NCBI GenBank assembly: GCA_017459845.1
Contig: JAFUCF010000012.1
Coordinates: 4,120 to 68,119, forward strand
Source: Candidatus Saccharimonadota bacterium
GTDB lineage: Bacteria; Patescibacteriota; Saccharimonadia; Saccharimonadales; Saccharimonadaceae
Reading direction: 5' to 3'
DNA length: 64,000 nucleotides
The position numbers and the translations under genes were made by a program. Below are positions 46,370 to 57,201 of the stretch, one piece after another; the stretch's first letter is position 1; each line of letters starts with the position of its first letter. The notes below the pieces were generated by a model, which worked only from the letters and a program-made list of their open reading frames with translations, ran no database searches and had not been told where the DNA came from.

Positions 46370-47455
46370 ATGAGAAAGGTAAGGGATGGATTTACGATAC
46401 TTGAGATAATTTTGGTGTTAGCGATTTCCACGTTACTTTTTATGAGCATTTCAATTGGCCTTGGCCAGCGTATTTCTACTAGCCGTTATGAGACTGCGGT
46501 TAATGAGGCGGCAGAATACTTCCGGGGCGTATACTCGGCAGTGCTAAATACGGAAAATACTAGATTTGGGACAGAGGGTATACGAAACTATTGCACACTT
46601 GCTAGCGCGGCATTTTCTACAAGAAATGAAGATTTTTTTGCGACGCCGAATACTACTCTTTCAAACATAGCAGATAACCGTGAGGCGGGAGCTCCTGGTC
46701 GGAGCGACTGTGCAATTTATGGCAAACTACTGCTCTTCGGAGCAGAAGATAATACATCTTCAGATAATACGGCTGGGCGGGTTTTTGTATTTGATGTTGT
46801 TGGAGAAGTAATAAGCCCCAAAAAGGACGCTGATGGAACATCGCAGCTAGATAAGATGCAGGATTATACCACTATTGAGGCTTTATCTGCCTTACATGCT
46901 GATTATTTGGCGGCAGTGCCAGAAAACCCAGATTCGGCTAGCCCAACTTGTTACGTAGCGCCAGCTGGCAGCTATACAACTTACCAACCGAGTTGGGGGA
47001 CGAAGTTCACAACTGCAGACTATGGAGATACTTCTAGTAGTACCAAGGATACTCCATTTGTTGGCATGGTAATGATTGTTCGTTCCCCGATTACGGGTAA
47101 TGTTTCTACTTTCTTTGCAGAGCAAGATAGCGTCTTTTATAAAACAGCTACTGGCGGTTCGTCTTATACGCTAAACGATTTGGTCTCGCAGAATATGTCT
47201 ATTTCGTGCTCGGGGTTAGAAAAAACCAGTATTGAGCCATTTTCGCTTTCTTCTTTTATGAGCGCCTTTTCTGAGGAGCAGAGAGTTGATGGTTTTTGTA
47301 TGAGCTCTGATGATTTTTATGTTGCAGTCTCTAATAGGCGGAAGTTTATTAGATTTATACCTAATGGCCAAAATGCTTCCGCAGTAAAGTTGATAGAGTC
47401 TGACGTAGTAGATGATACACAGGAGGATTATAATCCATGCGCAAGAAGAGGCTAA
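46370..47455 (+). CDS. Type IV pilin-like protein (minor pilin, FimT/FimU-like position)
   Basis: Class III signal MRKVRDG|FTILE plus a hydrophobic helix; ATG at 46370 is 7 nt after TATAAT. Confidence 0.85.
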   Translation: MRKVRDGFTILEIILVLAISTLLFMSISIGLGQRISTSRYETAVNEAAEYFRGVYSAVLNTENTRFGTEGIRNYCTLASAAFSTRNEDFFATPNTTLSNIADNREAGAPGRSDCAIYGKLLLFGAEDNTSSDNTAGRVFVFDVVGEVISPKKDADGTSQLDKMQDYTTIEALSALHADYLAAVPENPDSASPTCYVAPAGSYTTYQPSWGTKFTTADYGDTSSSTKDTPFVGMVMIVRSPITGNVSTFFAEQDSVFYKTATGGSSYTLNDLVSQNMSISCSGLEKTSIEPFSLSSFMSAFSEEQRVDGFCMSSDDFYVAVSNRRKFIRFIPNGQNASAVKLIESDVVDDTQEDYNPCARRG

Positions 47456-48216
47456 ACGCCAAACGCGGCGATACTTTACTTGAAGTAGTCTTTGCTTTTG
47501 TAATCTTTAGCCTAGTGTCCGTATTGTCTATAACTACAATGAACTCTGGCATAAAGGGCGCTGAAGCAGCATTAGAACTTAGTCTAGCGCGGACAGAAAT
47601 TGATGCTCAGGCTGAAACATTGCGCTTTATTCAATCAGTATATGCATATGATAAGGGCTATAGAACACTTTGGAAAGCGCTTACTCTTGACGATTCTACT
47701 AAGGCTAGAAGCGTAGTGCTCGACAAGACAGAAGAAATTCCTACCCTTAATACCGCAGATTGTGCTCCGCTTTATTCCCAAACGGATTCAGGCATATACT
47801 CTGCACATGCTTTTATCCTGAATAGCCGTGCAGTTATTTCCGATACTGATACTTCTCCCGATAGTAGTTATAGTAAAACCTTGGTACTTTCTGCGGATGA
47901 TATTGGCAAAACCGAATCGGAGCGCGTTTTTAGAAATGCCACGCTTAATCCTCGCGTTGTCTATACATCGAGCGAAACTAGTGAGTCTAGCACGGACGAT
48001 GCTTTAAAGGAGGATAGTGATGGGGACTCACCAGTATTTGATACAATAATGTTCGCCGAGGGGATATATGATCTAGTAGTGAAGGATACGGAACATAGTA
48101 TACCAAATTACTACGACTTTTATATTCAGACTTGTTGGACGGCGCCAGGCGCATTACGAGCTACGACGATCGGAACCGTAATCCGCCTATATAACCCGGA
48201 GTTTTTAGATGCGTAA
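47437..48216 (+). CDS. Type IV pilin-like protein (PilV-like)
   Basis: KRG|DTLLEVVFAFVIFSLV: Asp at +1, Glu at +5. Confidence 0.8.
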   Translation: MRKKRLNAKRGDTLLEVVFAFVIFSLVSVLSITTMNSGIKGAEAALELSLARTEIDAQAETLRFIQSVYAYDKGYRTLWKALTLDDSTKARSVVLDKTEEIPTLNTADCAPLYSQTDSGIYSAHAFILNSRAVISDTDTSPDSSYSKTLVLSADDIGKTESERVFRNATLNPRVVYTSSETSESSTDDALKEDSDGDSPVFDTIMFAEGIYDLVVKDTEHSIPNYYDFYIQTCWTAPGALRATTIGTVIRLYNPEFLDA

Positions 48217-49018
48217 GATAGTAAATAAATCTGGATTTACGATATTAGAGCTGGCGCTTGCGATGGCATTTATTTCCTTTTTATTGCTATCAATTGGGTT
48301 TGTATCAGTGCAAATTGCCCATGTGTACCAAAAAGGCGTTACTGTTAAATTAGTCAATAGCAATGGGCGAGAGTTAGTCGAGGAATTCTCAAGAGCTATA
48401 ACAGCCAGTCGCTATAGCCCATCAGTTGATGAAGGGTTTGAGTATACTTTTTCGGTAGCCGAGATGCCGGTCGAAACTGTATCTTCACCAAGCGGTAAAG
48501 CCCAAGCGCATGGCGCATTTTGCACCGGAAAGTATTCTTATATATGGAATAGTGGCTATGTGTTTAATCCAGATACGGCCCCTGAAATTGCTAAAGCTAA
48601 TATGGCGTCCTTTAAACTGGGCGATAATAGCCCAATTGAAAAATTCCGTTTGTTAAGAGTAAATGATCCCGGAAGAGAGATTTGTATTAATTATGCTAAA
48701 GATTTGGAGAGCGGCGTGAGCGTTACTGAATATCACGCTTCCGATAAGGCTTCAAACCCTACAGAGCTGTTTCCGCCTTCTGAGTCAGAATTGGCATTAT
48801 ACGACTTAGTTTTTTACAAGCCATCATACGATAGTGACTCTGGAGCTGCCCTTTTCTCTGGTTCATTCATTATTGGGACGATAAATAGCAGTGTGGATAT
48901 TTTGGCCTCGGGAAATTTCTGTACTAACCCGCCTGACAGGTTTAGGACAGATTTTGTCTATTGTTCAATTAACAAATTTAATTTTGCCGCTCGGGCGACT
49001 GGAGGAATATCATCATGA
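48209..49018 (+). CDS. Type IV pilin-like protein (PilW-like)
   Basis: KSG|FTILELALAMAFIS. Confidence 0.85.
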   Translation: MRKIVNKSGFTILELALAMAFISFLLLSIGFVSVQIAHVYQKGVTVKLVNSNGRELVEEFSRAITASRYSPSVDEGFEYTFSVAEMPVETVSSPSGKAQAHGAFCTGKYSYIWNSGYVFNPDTAPEIAKANMASFKLGDNSPIEKFRLLRVNDPGREICINYAKDLESGVSVTEYHASDKASNPTELFPPSESELALYDLVFYKPSYDSDSGAALFSGSFIIGTINSSVDILASGNFCTNPPDRFRTDFVYCSINKFNFAARATGGISS

Positions 49019-50346
49019 AAAGTATGACTAAGAAAGGCATGGCTTCATTATATCTTGCAGCCTTTACAACACTACTGTTTGGTATTATTACGCTAAGTTT
49101 TACAAGTGTGATGATAGGTGAGTCAAAAGAGGCGCAGAATAGTGATTTGTCCCAATCGGCATATGATTCGGCGCTAGCTGGAATAGAAGATGCTAAAACG
49201 GCCTTAGTAATTTATAAGCGTTGTCTATTAAATCCCGAAAGTGGGCCATACAACGGACTAACCTGTACAAATATAATACAGCGCATGGAAGAAGGTTGGG
49301 AAAGTGGCAGTTGCGACGTAGTGTCTAGAGTACTAAATAGAACGCCAGATGAAGGCGAACAAAGAGTTGGGGTGGACTCTTCGGAGCAGGCTTATACATG
49401 CGTAACAATTGCGAATGACACCCTAGACTATAAATCTACGCTCAGCGAGGGTAGCCGTGTGGCGATTATACCTATTCTTACTTCTGGCACAGAGTTCCAA
49501 AGAGTTACGGGCATAGAGCTAAAATGGCATTCTCTCGACGCAGATGATAACTATGAAGATGATAAGTTCTTTGTTGATAAAACTAACCCAAGCAAACAGC
49601 TTGCGGTATCTAGTAATGTTTATACAGATTTATATACTAAAGGCGTTTTGCCGTTTGGGACAAAGGCGGATGCCACAGAAACTATCCCTATTTTGTCTTT
49701 CGAGCTTTTCCAGACAGATGGTAACTTTAGAATGGGGGATTTAGACTTGGTAAATGATAGTGGTACCGGGACCGACCATGCGATGATGATGCTTTATCCT
49801 GCCGACAATACCAATCGTGAAAGCGGTAAATATATCAATTCTACAAGTTTAATCAGTACTTCTAATAAAACCAGCACTACGGCAAGAACCTCAAATGCTG
49901 AAGGTCTTACCCCAACAGCAGTAACCTGTGGGTATACCGAGGGGTACAGGTGCCGTACGGTAATTGGATTTCCTGGAACATACGGCGGAGGGCCAAGAGC
50001 GAAAAACACTTTCTTCTTAAAACTTAGCTTGCCGTATGGCGTTCCGAGTACGGATTTTTCAGTTCGGCTATGTACAGAGATTGTAGACGGCAGCTGTGCC
50101 TCGCATACGGACTTTGTGGGGGCCCAGGCTATCGTAGACTCGACTGGCCGTGCAAGCACGCTTTATCGCAGAGTAGTGGCAAGAGTAAATACGGCAAATT
50201 CTAATGCTCTATTTCCAGAATTTGCAATTGCATCCAGCGACCAAATTGAGAAGCAGTTTTACGTAACAAACAACTGCTGGTTGACAGACGGAGAAGGAAA
50301 TTCTTCTCTTTGTGCAAATAATGGCGATGCGCCGGTCGATCTGTAA
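49015..50346 (+). CDS. PilX-like minor pilin (no Glu5)
   Basis: KKG|MASLYLAAF followed by SQSAYDSALAGIEDA, a PilX N-terminal pattern. Confidence 0.75.
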   Translation: MKSMTKKGMASLYLAAFTTLLFGIITLSFTSVMIGESKEAQNSDLSQSAYDSALAGIEDAKTALVIYKRCLLNPESGPYNGLTCTNIIQRMEEGWESGSCDVVSRVLNRTPDEGEQRVGVDSSEQAYTCVTIANDTLDYKSTLSEGSRVAIIPILTSGTEFQRVTGIELKWHSLDADDNYEDDKFFVDKTNPSKQLAVSSNVYTDLYTKGVLPFGTKADATETIPILSFELFQTDGNFRMGDLDLVNDSGTGTDHAMMMLYPADNTNRESGKYINSTSLISTSNKTSTTARTSNAEGLTPTAVTCGYTEGYRCRTVIGFPGTYGGGPRAKNTFFLKLSLPYGVPSTDFSVRLCTEIVDGSCASHTDFVGAQAIVDSTGRASTLYRRVVARVNTANSNALFPEFAIASSDQIEKQFYVTNNCWLTDGEGNSSLCANNGDAPVDL

Positions 50347-53300
50347 TTAATACCTTGGTGACAACTCTTGAGAAGAAGAAGTGACTGGGATATTCTTCTG
50401 AGACTGGCCGTAGGCCCAAAGGTTAACTAACGGATGGAGATCAAAGATCTCTGCTGGAGTAATAGAGCCATCGCAGCTAAGGTCGCGGCTGCTGGATGCT
50501 TCTGCGGAAACGGTCTTACTATTGGCAGAATAGTTCTCAGCATATTCGTAAGCTTTGCGTGCACTTTGGCCATACATACTCTCAGTTTCTTGTAGGAAAG
50601 ATTGCTTTACTAGGAAGGTTATTCTATTTTCCACACAGTTAACACTACTAACGCGCGCTTGGCAATACTGCCGGGCCTCTGGCTCTGCTGCAGCGCGCCT
50701 TGCTGGATCAGAAATAGCTTCTTCTAGTTTTTGGCGCAATGAATCATATGCTGGGTTGCCTACATCGCCGGCAAAGCCAGGCCATGCCCCGCCAGTACGG
50801 TTGAGCATTAGGGCGGCAGTAATGACTGGGCCATTTATTTTGAGTGTTTTATAGCATGTATTTGAGCCAGTAGTGCCATCCTTAAACTCTTGGCAGGTAT
50901 TAATATAGCCACCATCATAGAAGGAGCTTGGAGAATCCGTGATTAACCAAGCGTCAATCTGCGACACTTCTGAGGATATACTGATGCTTTCTGCGATAAT
51001 GATAATTTGCGGAATATTTGTAATATCATCAGCATTATAACTAATGCTATTACGACTAGTTAGAGATAAATTGTTAGAGTTTTGTTGATAATTCTCTGAC
51101 CAGAGCCCTGTATAGGCGGCTTCTTCACTGCAAATACCAGAGCCATCATCCAGACAGATATTAGCTTTAATATCTAGATGCCCTAAAATTTGGAGAACTC
51201 TTGTACCAGAGCTCTGAATAATTGGCTTATCTATCGTAAAGTTGTTACCAATTTTTACATAGTCTGCTCCAGATATTTGAGACCAATCGCTTGAGCCTTC
51301 TATTTGGCTATATTCCGTCTTGTTTATACTAGAAGTATCATTGGCATAGTATTCAGTTATCTTGCGTTTGTAGTTATCGATTAGGGCATCTTCTGTGGTC
51401 TTGGTCGTATATGAACCTACTGCACCCCCGGTAAGGCACGATGCCCCGCTTATAGAGTTGGCATTCGCAATGGTAAGACGTGAGAAATCACAGAAACCTT
51501 GGGTAGGAGCAAGCAAATCTTTTTCTATGGTTGCGCTACTAAAACCATCAGAAGTTAGCGCCCCCATATTCCAGCTATAGCCAAGTGCGGAGGCCGAGGC
51601 GAGCCCTGTAACTTCGCCTTTTGCCAAAATGTAATATTCTGCCCAAGAGCCAAAATAAGACGGGTTAGTAGCAATATGCTTAACATTTGGGCTGTCTTGG
51701 GTGCGGTTGGTGGTAAGCTTGGTGTTAACCGTGCGCTTCACGATTGAGGTAGCAATATCGCCACCGTACACGCCACCGTTCCAAGTTTGGAAGTTTGGAG
51801 CTTTTGCTACGGTGCGACATGAAGCTTGAGACAGGCGCCAACTGTTTGTCACAATATTACGAATGTCGCCATTAACACTGTAGCCGTTGGCAGCATAGTT
51901 AGGGTTGTCGGCATTGCGAATGCGATTGCCCGCCGCGTCGGTTTCATCGCGATATTCTGCGGTAGTTAGTTTATTATTCTGATCAATATATGGGTATTTG
52001 CTCAGCTCCTCGCCTGGTACTCCATGTGAATCTCCGTGATTTATGCCAACCATTATACAGTATTTATACCCAGCTTCTATGTCTGGTACGACGCGCTTAA
52101 TGGTGTTATGATAATAGTCCATTTCGCCCTCTGGGTTACTATCTTGGTTCCCTATTTTCGCCGCATTATCATCATTTTGGTAGACTTTACTAGCGCCCCT
52201 TCCCTTAACAGTTTCAGTAGTGCATTGCCTGTAATCTGAGGCTAAGTACCCTCTAAAATAGGTACAAATGCTGGTGCCATGGAAAGTAAGCCCTTTGCCA
52301 TTTAGGATTTCCAAGAGAGAGGCGTCTGACGAAGCTTCATCACCGTAAGTATATCGGTCTTCAAGTGAGATGTCTTCTGGCAAAAGAAGCTCAATGACGT
52401 CTACGCGTGTATTGCTCGGAGTAGTCGTAGCATATGGAGTACCACCGCTGCTCTCGACAAGCGGGTTAACCCGCGGGAGAATATCTACATCTGCTTCGAG
52501 CTCGATCGTATCGCCCGGATAAACTGTGCCACTATCATGATTAACAATCTTCGAGGAGATGTTTGTGTCAAAATTATATGGAGTCACTACGCTTGCGCTT
52601 TTAATTACTTGTGGAGCCGTAGTGCTGCTCACGCCGCTTGGTATAGTATATCCAGAGCGGTATGCCTCTAGAGCGCTCGTGTAATCTGCATTCTCGGCAA
52701 AGCTCCAGTTACCCCCTTGTGTTACCGCATCGAAAAATGGGCCACGTGTTTGGGAACCATTACTTAGATACCTTGGCATGCTAGTGACGGCATTGTATAC
52801 TAGCGATTGGCTAAGTGTGGTGCCAACCATATTACTCATGTATGTACCGGGGTTCCCCTCTTCGTCAGTTTTTTGTAGGGTGGCGCTGTTACAGTCCTTG
52901 TCTTCGTGGTTTTGGAAGCCTGGAATTTGGTAACCTCCGGTGGTAATGGCAATGTTAGTGTTTAAATTGTAGTTAGCGTAAAAGGCGCAATCGTACCAAA
53001 TCCCCCCATCTTCGTTGCTGGTCTCTGTCTCTTCTTTGGGCTTATTATCCGGGGAGGCAAATAGTAATTCCTTCTTCCCCGCCGAGAATGTAGCGAATCC
53101 AGTCTCCTTCACCCGATGAGACGGAGAGTAATTTATAAAGAGCGATTTGCCGCTGAATTTATTATTGCGAGCGTCAACGTTGTTAATATATACCGTTTGA
53201 CCAAGGATGTCATCGTTACGACCGAAAAGAAACTCGGTATTATCGTCGCCGTCAGCAGTGCTGCCAATTACTACTTTGAATTCATTAACGACGGGATTGT

Positions 53301-54657
53301 TTTCGCCGATTTTCTTAGTAACATATTTCCCATCTCTACCTGTAACATTATGCGCGCCAAAACACATCCCATACGAAAACTGAATAACGTCCCCAGGACG
53401 GGTAAATACTTTAATTTTATCATTATAGGCAGTCGAGGTGGTAACCTGGGCGAGTTTACCATTAAGGGACAAACCTACAACGGCAGCAGTGTTACCTATC
53501 GTGCTATTACTGACGAATGTAGAAGGATCGTTCCAGGCCGTACAGCTATCAACGGTCTCTCCCGTACTAGCAACAGGGATGATGGTAACGCACGCCTTGG
53601 ATGAAACCGGCGTGCCACCACCCGTCATTTGATAGTCAGTCAAGCTGTAACGAAGCCTAGAGCCCGCATTGAACACTACGGTTTCACAATAAGTAGCCTT
53701 GCTATTTATTTGGACGTTTTCAAGCTTAAAAGTAATAGTACCATTAGCATAATAATTACTACCACCAATATGGATTCGTTCTGTTAGATTTGTAGTTGGA
53801 ACTACACCAGTGCTACTACCATTTATGCCATCGCCACTTACGGAATAATCTATATTGGCGGCTGCTAATTGGTTTTCAATACTTTTGGCTAAATAGTGGC
53901 GAAAAGTAATCGACACGGTAGAGCCGGTTGGGACAATAATTGGATTAGCTAGATAGCTATTACCATTAACAACGGGCGCGCTAGTATAACTATCGTTTAG
54001 AGAAACAGTAGAAAACGAACTAAACTCGGCCGGAGCCGGGCGGCTATCACCTGCACAAAAGTAGCTAATTTTACCAGTGGACCAATCGGCATTAGTAGGG
54101 ATAGCAGTGGTATTTTTAAGGGATTCGTAAATTGCTTTGACATTTTCAAGCGTATCGTAATTCTTGGCAGCAACACCAGCGCTGTTTTTATCGTCTGGGG
54201 GGAGGTTTGGGATAATATATTTTATGGCGTTAGTGGCCGGCCAAGTATCGCTAGCCCCATCGCTTATAACATCGCTCAGTGTAATAGCCGAGGCTGGGCG
54301 GCCGGTAAGCTCGCCGGTGGTCTCGGAGGTCATTTTGTATTCGTTACGAAGAAGTACCCAAAACCCACCATAGCCTTGGCAGGTCTTGGCTGGGATAGCA
54401 GTTTTTGTAGCATAGTTGTTCCCAAAAGGAACATATAGCTTGTCATCATCGGTGTAAGTAATATTACTTGGAATAGTATAGTAGTACCAACTAGCACCAG
54501 AAAGGGTGCGGTGGTAACCTAGTTTTTCTTCTCCGTCTGAATAATAACTGACGTCTCGCGCCCCCCAAGCCGTACGAGAGGCTGCGTTAGTATTATTGGA
54601 GGATAAACCTAGAATGGCTAGTATAGATATTATTAGGACGAGATAAAGCTTTTTCAT
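50347..54657 (-). CDS. Large secreted protein (1436 aa), candidate pilus-associated adhesin
   Basis: Signal peptide (NTNA); Cys pairs; beta-rich C-terminus (IDAWLIT, LKINGPVIT, PAEIFDL); abuts the pilin operon tail to tail. Confidence 0.7.
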   Translation of the reverse strand: MKKLYLVLIISILAILGLSSNNTNAASRTAWGARDVSYYSDGEEKLGYHRTLSGASWYYYTIPSNITYTDDDKLYVPFGNNYATKTAIPAKTCQGYGGFWVLLRNEYKMTSETTGELTGRPASAITLSDVISDGASDTWPATNAIKYIIPNLPPDDKNSAGVAAKNYDTLENVKAIYESLKNTTAIPTNADWSTGKISYFCAGDSRPAPAEFSSFSTVSLNDSYTSAPVVNGNSYLANPIIVPTGSTVSITFRHYLAKSIENQLAAANIDYSVSGDGINGSSTGVVPTTNLTERIHIGGSNYYANGTITFKLENVQINSKATYCETVVFNAGSRLRYSLTDYQMTGGGTPVSSKACVTIIPVASTGETVDSCTAWNDPSTFVSNSTIGNTAAVVGLSLNGKLAQVTTSTAYNDKIKVFTRPGDVIQFSYGMCFGAHNVTGRDGKYVTKKIGENNPVVNEFKVVIGSTADGDDNTEFLFGRNDDILGQTVYINNVDARNNKFSGKSLFINYSPSHRVKETGFATFSAGKKELLFASPDNKPKEETETSNEDGGIWYDCAFYANYNLNTNIAITTGGYQIPGFQNHEDKDCNSATLQKTDEEGNPGTYMSNMVGTTLSQSLVYNAVTSMPRYLSNGSQTRGPFFDAVTQGGNWSFAENADYTSALEAYRSGYTIPSGVSSTTAPQVIKSASVVTPYNFDTNISSKIVNHDSGTVYPGDTIELEADVDILPRVNPLVESSGGTPYATTTPSNTRVDVIELLLPEDISLEDRYTYGDEASSDASLLEILNGKGLTFHGTSICTYFRGYLASDYRQCTTETVKGRGASKVYQNDDNAAKIGNQDSNPEGEMDYYHNTIKRVVPDIEAGYKYCIMVGINHGDSHGVPGEELSKYPYIDQNNKLTTAEYRDETDAAGNRIRNADNPNYAANGYSVNGDIRNIVTNSWRLSQASCRTVAKAPNFQTWNGGVYGGDIATSIVKRTVNTKLTTNRTQDSPNVKHIATNPSYFGSWAEYYILAKGEVTGLASASALGYSWNMGALTSDGFSSATIEKDLLAPTQGFCDFSRLTIANANSISGASCLTGGAVGSYTTKTTEDALIDNYKRKITEYYANDTSSINKTEYSQIEGSSDWSQISGADYVKIGNNFTIDKPIIQSSGTRVLQILGHLDIKANICLDDGSGICSEEAAYTGLWSENYQQNSNNLSLTSRNSISYNADDITNIPQIIIIAESISISSEVSQIDAWLITDSPSSFYDGGYINTCQEFKDGTTGSNTCYKTLKINGPVITAALMLNRTGGAWPGFAGDVGNPAYDSLRQKLEEAISDPARRAAAEPEARQYCQARVSSVNCVENRITFLVKQSFLQETESMYGQSARKAYEYAENYSANSKTVSAEASSSRDLSCDGSITPAEIFDLHPLVNLWAYGQSQKNIPVTSSSQELSPRY

Positions 54658-56534
54658 TTTTCAAATTCCTTAGTACTGGTATTATCGCTGTAGCAGGTAT
54701 TTGGGAAATCGACCTCCATAACTTCGCTAAGGCTTGTATAATAAATGCGGTAGCCATCCATAAAATCGTTGTAGACGGAATTTTCGGAAACCGATTCAAA
54801 ATTACTTCTGTCATGATAATAGTATGTTCGCCCGTCTACGCTAACCGTGTCACCATCTCCCCCTACGCTAGGGATTTCACAATATTCTTCTAGCTCCATA
54901 CAGGTATACCATTTTAATTTGCTAATACCGATATCACCAAGTAAATCATTAATCGTATAAGGATCGTAATCCGTATACTTACTGATTTGGATTTTACGGA
55001 GGATTTGGTCGGAGTAATTAGGGAGGTTTTCCATAACAAAATCATCTTCTGATAAAGGCTTGCCGTTTATTTCTTCATACTCACTTCTAAATGTTTCCAT
55101 CGATTCTCTTAACTCATCTGGTATACTGGACGGATCGTCTAAAATAACATATGCAACTGGGACCGATTCTGAGCTTGCATAAGATCCCCAGCCAAAGCCT
55201 GATTGATAAACAACGGTGAATGGCTCCTCATGCGAGGATGTAAAAGAAAACCAAACCGAGGTATTACGATTTTCAGGTGAGGAGGAAACCGTGCCGTGCC
55301 AGTTATAGTCACATGGTAAATCACCAGCGCTGCTGCGATCCTTCTTTAGAGGACATATTGCTTTATACCATGCTGGTGGGTTTTCAGGGCTACCACATGA
55401 GCCGACTCTCCCGTTATAACAAAGCCAAGCTAGCCCATTCCCCCAACTAAAACCGCCAGTTAAGGCCTGCGTGGTTAGAATGTTGCTAGTAGCGGTAGAA
55501 TAGACGTTCTTTACTCCTCTCGCTGGTAGATAGCCTTCTTCAGGGGCGTCCATGTCCTGGTAACGCACGTAACCCTTAAAGACGCCTGTCTGCTCTTGTC
55601 CAAGAAGACGGATGGAATTCTCTAACTCTACCAACCGCGCTTCATAATCTATGGCTGTAAGGACCTCCCCGGTGTCTGGATTGGTATATGTACCGGTGTA
55701 GATAATATTGCCATCCCCGTCGCGATAGGCATAAGTGTCATAATAATAGGTAGTAGTCTCTTCTTTAGTAACCTTATCTTTAACTGTAACCTTGTAGTCC
55801 CACTTATCTGTCTCCTTAACCTCGATATCATTGCCGTCTGAACTATAAACATATTTGCTTAGCTCTTTAAGCGAGCCACCAGGATAGAAGTGGTACTCTT
55901 TAACGTGGCCTTTCCAGCACATATCATGAGTGCTAGCGCCAGTGTGCTTCTTAGCACTATTCCATCCATAGCACGCTATCCAATCTTCAGCTATCATAGT
56001 ATTGTATGGGAGCCAAACATACTCGCGCATATCATAGAGATCGCCGGCGTAAGCCGCGGCCTTGTAGTGGTCTACATAGACGCGCGGATCTTTTTGGTTT
56101 ATAGCGGTAACGCAAGAACCTTGCGAAGGCCAGACACGGTGCATAGTTCTATACTTTCTTGTCTTCACATTCCAGACCTTTTGGTTAGAGCCATATATTT
56201 TACTGCTACATAATCGTTCAATATTCTTCGCATTACTAAGATACCCTAGCCCATAATCTTGGTCGATTGGCTGATAATATTTGATGCAGTTAAGCGTACG
56301 GTTTGCTGCGGCCGGCCCCCGCTCTAGCCATATAGTTTCCTTGCCGCATTTATACCACGCATTATCTTTACCGCCCGCACCGTAGGTAGTGCGGTCAACA
56401 GTAGTTAGCTGAGTACCCCTTCTACGGGCCGCAATTGCGCTTTGCCCTAAAAGAGTACCTAAAAACCCAGCTAAGATGACAACAATAAATGCACCCCATA
56501 TATACAACGTTATGTTTTTAGATCGTATCTTCAC
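54654..56534 (-). CDS. Secreted or anchored Tyr/Trp/Cys-rich hypothetical protein (626 aa)
   Basis: N-terminal hydrophobic signal; 4-bp overlap with the downstream gene. Confidence 0.7.
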   Translation of the reverse strand: MKIRSKNITLYIWGAFIVVILAGFLGTLLGQSAIAARRRGTQLTTVDRTTYGAGGKDNAWYKCGKETIWLERGPAAANRTLNCIKYYQPIDQDYGLGYLSNAKNIERLCSSKIYGSNQKVWNVKTRKYRTMHRVWPSQGSCVTAINQKDPRVYVDHYKAAAYAGDLYDMREYVWLPYNTMIAEDWIACYGWNSAKKHTGASTHDMCWKGHVKEYHFYPGGSLKELSKYVYSSDGNDIEVKETDKWDYKVTVKDKVTKEETTTYYYDTYAYRDGDGNIIYTGTYTNPDTGEVLTAIDYEARLVELENSIRLLGQEQTGVFKGYVRYQDMDAPEEGYLPARGVKNVYSTATSNILTTQALTGGFSWGNGLAWLCYNGRVGSCGSPENPPAWYKAICPLKKDRSSAGDLPCDYNWHGTVSSSPENRNTSVWFSFTSSHEEPFTVVYQSGFGWGSYASSESVPVAYVILDDPSSIPDELRESMETFRSEYEEINGKPLSEDDFVMENLPNYSDQILRKIQISKYTDYDPYTINDLLGDIGISKLKWYTCMELEEYCEIPSVGGDGDTVSVDGRTYYYHDRSNFESVSENSVYNDFMDGYRIYYTSLSEVMEVDFPNTCYSDNTSTKEFEK

Positions 56535-57123
56535 TGAAAGGCTCCTGTTCTACTTGAGAATCTAGTTCTTCTACGTCTTCCTCAACCTCTGATTCTTCCT
56601 GGTTTACAGTCTGCCCGTCATCAATACCCGCAATATAATCCAGGATGCCCTCATCGGAGATTTTTTGTTGGTATTCAGCTACAGCATCTTCATCCCCTTG
56701 TTGATTAAATAGATAAATATAAGTACTGTAGAGATAATACCTTGCGTCAAGCGGGAGCAGAGCGCCTTCAATTGTATCTAGAAGCTGGAGGCCACTAGCC
56801 GGATCGCCCGTGTTACCATAGAATATGCTAAAATCAAGCTGGAGATTAAACTTTTGCTCTCTATCTGTAGCCGCAGCTATCTGGGAGTTATAATACGCAA
56901 GAGCCTCGTCGTACCCAAAAGTAGGGGCAGAATCTTTTTCTAGATCTAAGAGATGGTAAGCATACTGCTCTACTTCTGTTGTGGTAGCACCATTTTTAAT
57001 GGTAGGGTATTTATTTTGGAAATTTAGCGAAACTCCTAAAAAAATGATAACTAGTAGTATAGCAAACAGAAAAAGCGATGGAATAATAAAATCCCGGTTT
57101 TTTATACTACCTTCTTTCTCCAT
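56518..57123 (-). CDS. Membrane-anchored helical hypothetical protein
   Basis: Start MEKEGS at 57123, 6 nt after TATAAT; single TM; acidic tail. Confidence 0.7.
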   Translation of the reverse strand: MEKEGSIKNRDFIIPSLFLFAILLVIIFLGVSLNFQNKYPTIKNGATTTEVEQYAYHLLDLEKDSAPTFGYDEALAYYNSQIAAATDREQKFNLQLDFSIFYGNTGDPASGLQLLDTIEGALLPLDARYYLYSTYIYLFNQQGDEDAVAEYQQKISDEGILDYIAGIDDGQTVNQEESEVEEDVEELDSQVEQEPFSEDTI

Positions 57124-57177
57124 ACTTATATTATAACACAAGCGGCATCATAATATCTATTTTTATTTTTTATTTAA

Positions 57178-57198
57178 AAATAGCCCCAGGGGCTATTT
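57178..57198 (-). terminator. Terminator of rpmH
   Basis: On the minus strand: AAATAGCCCC-T-GGGGCTATTTTT, immediately after the rpmH stop. Confidence 0.7.
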
Positions 57199-57201
57199 CT
57201 A

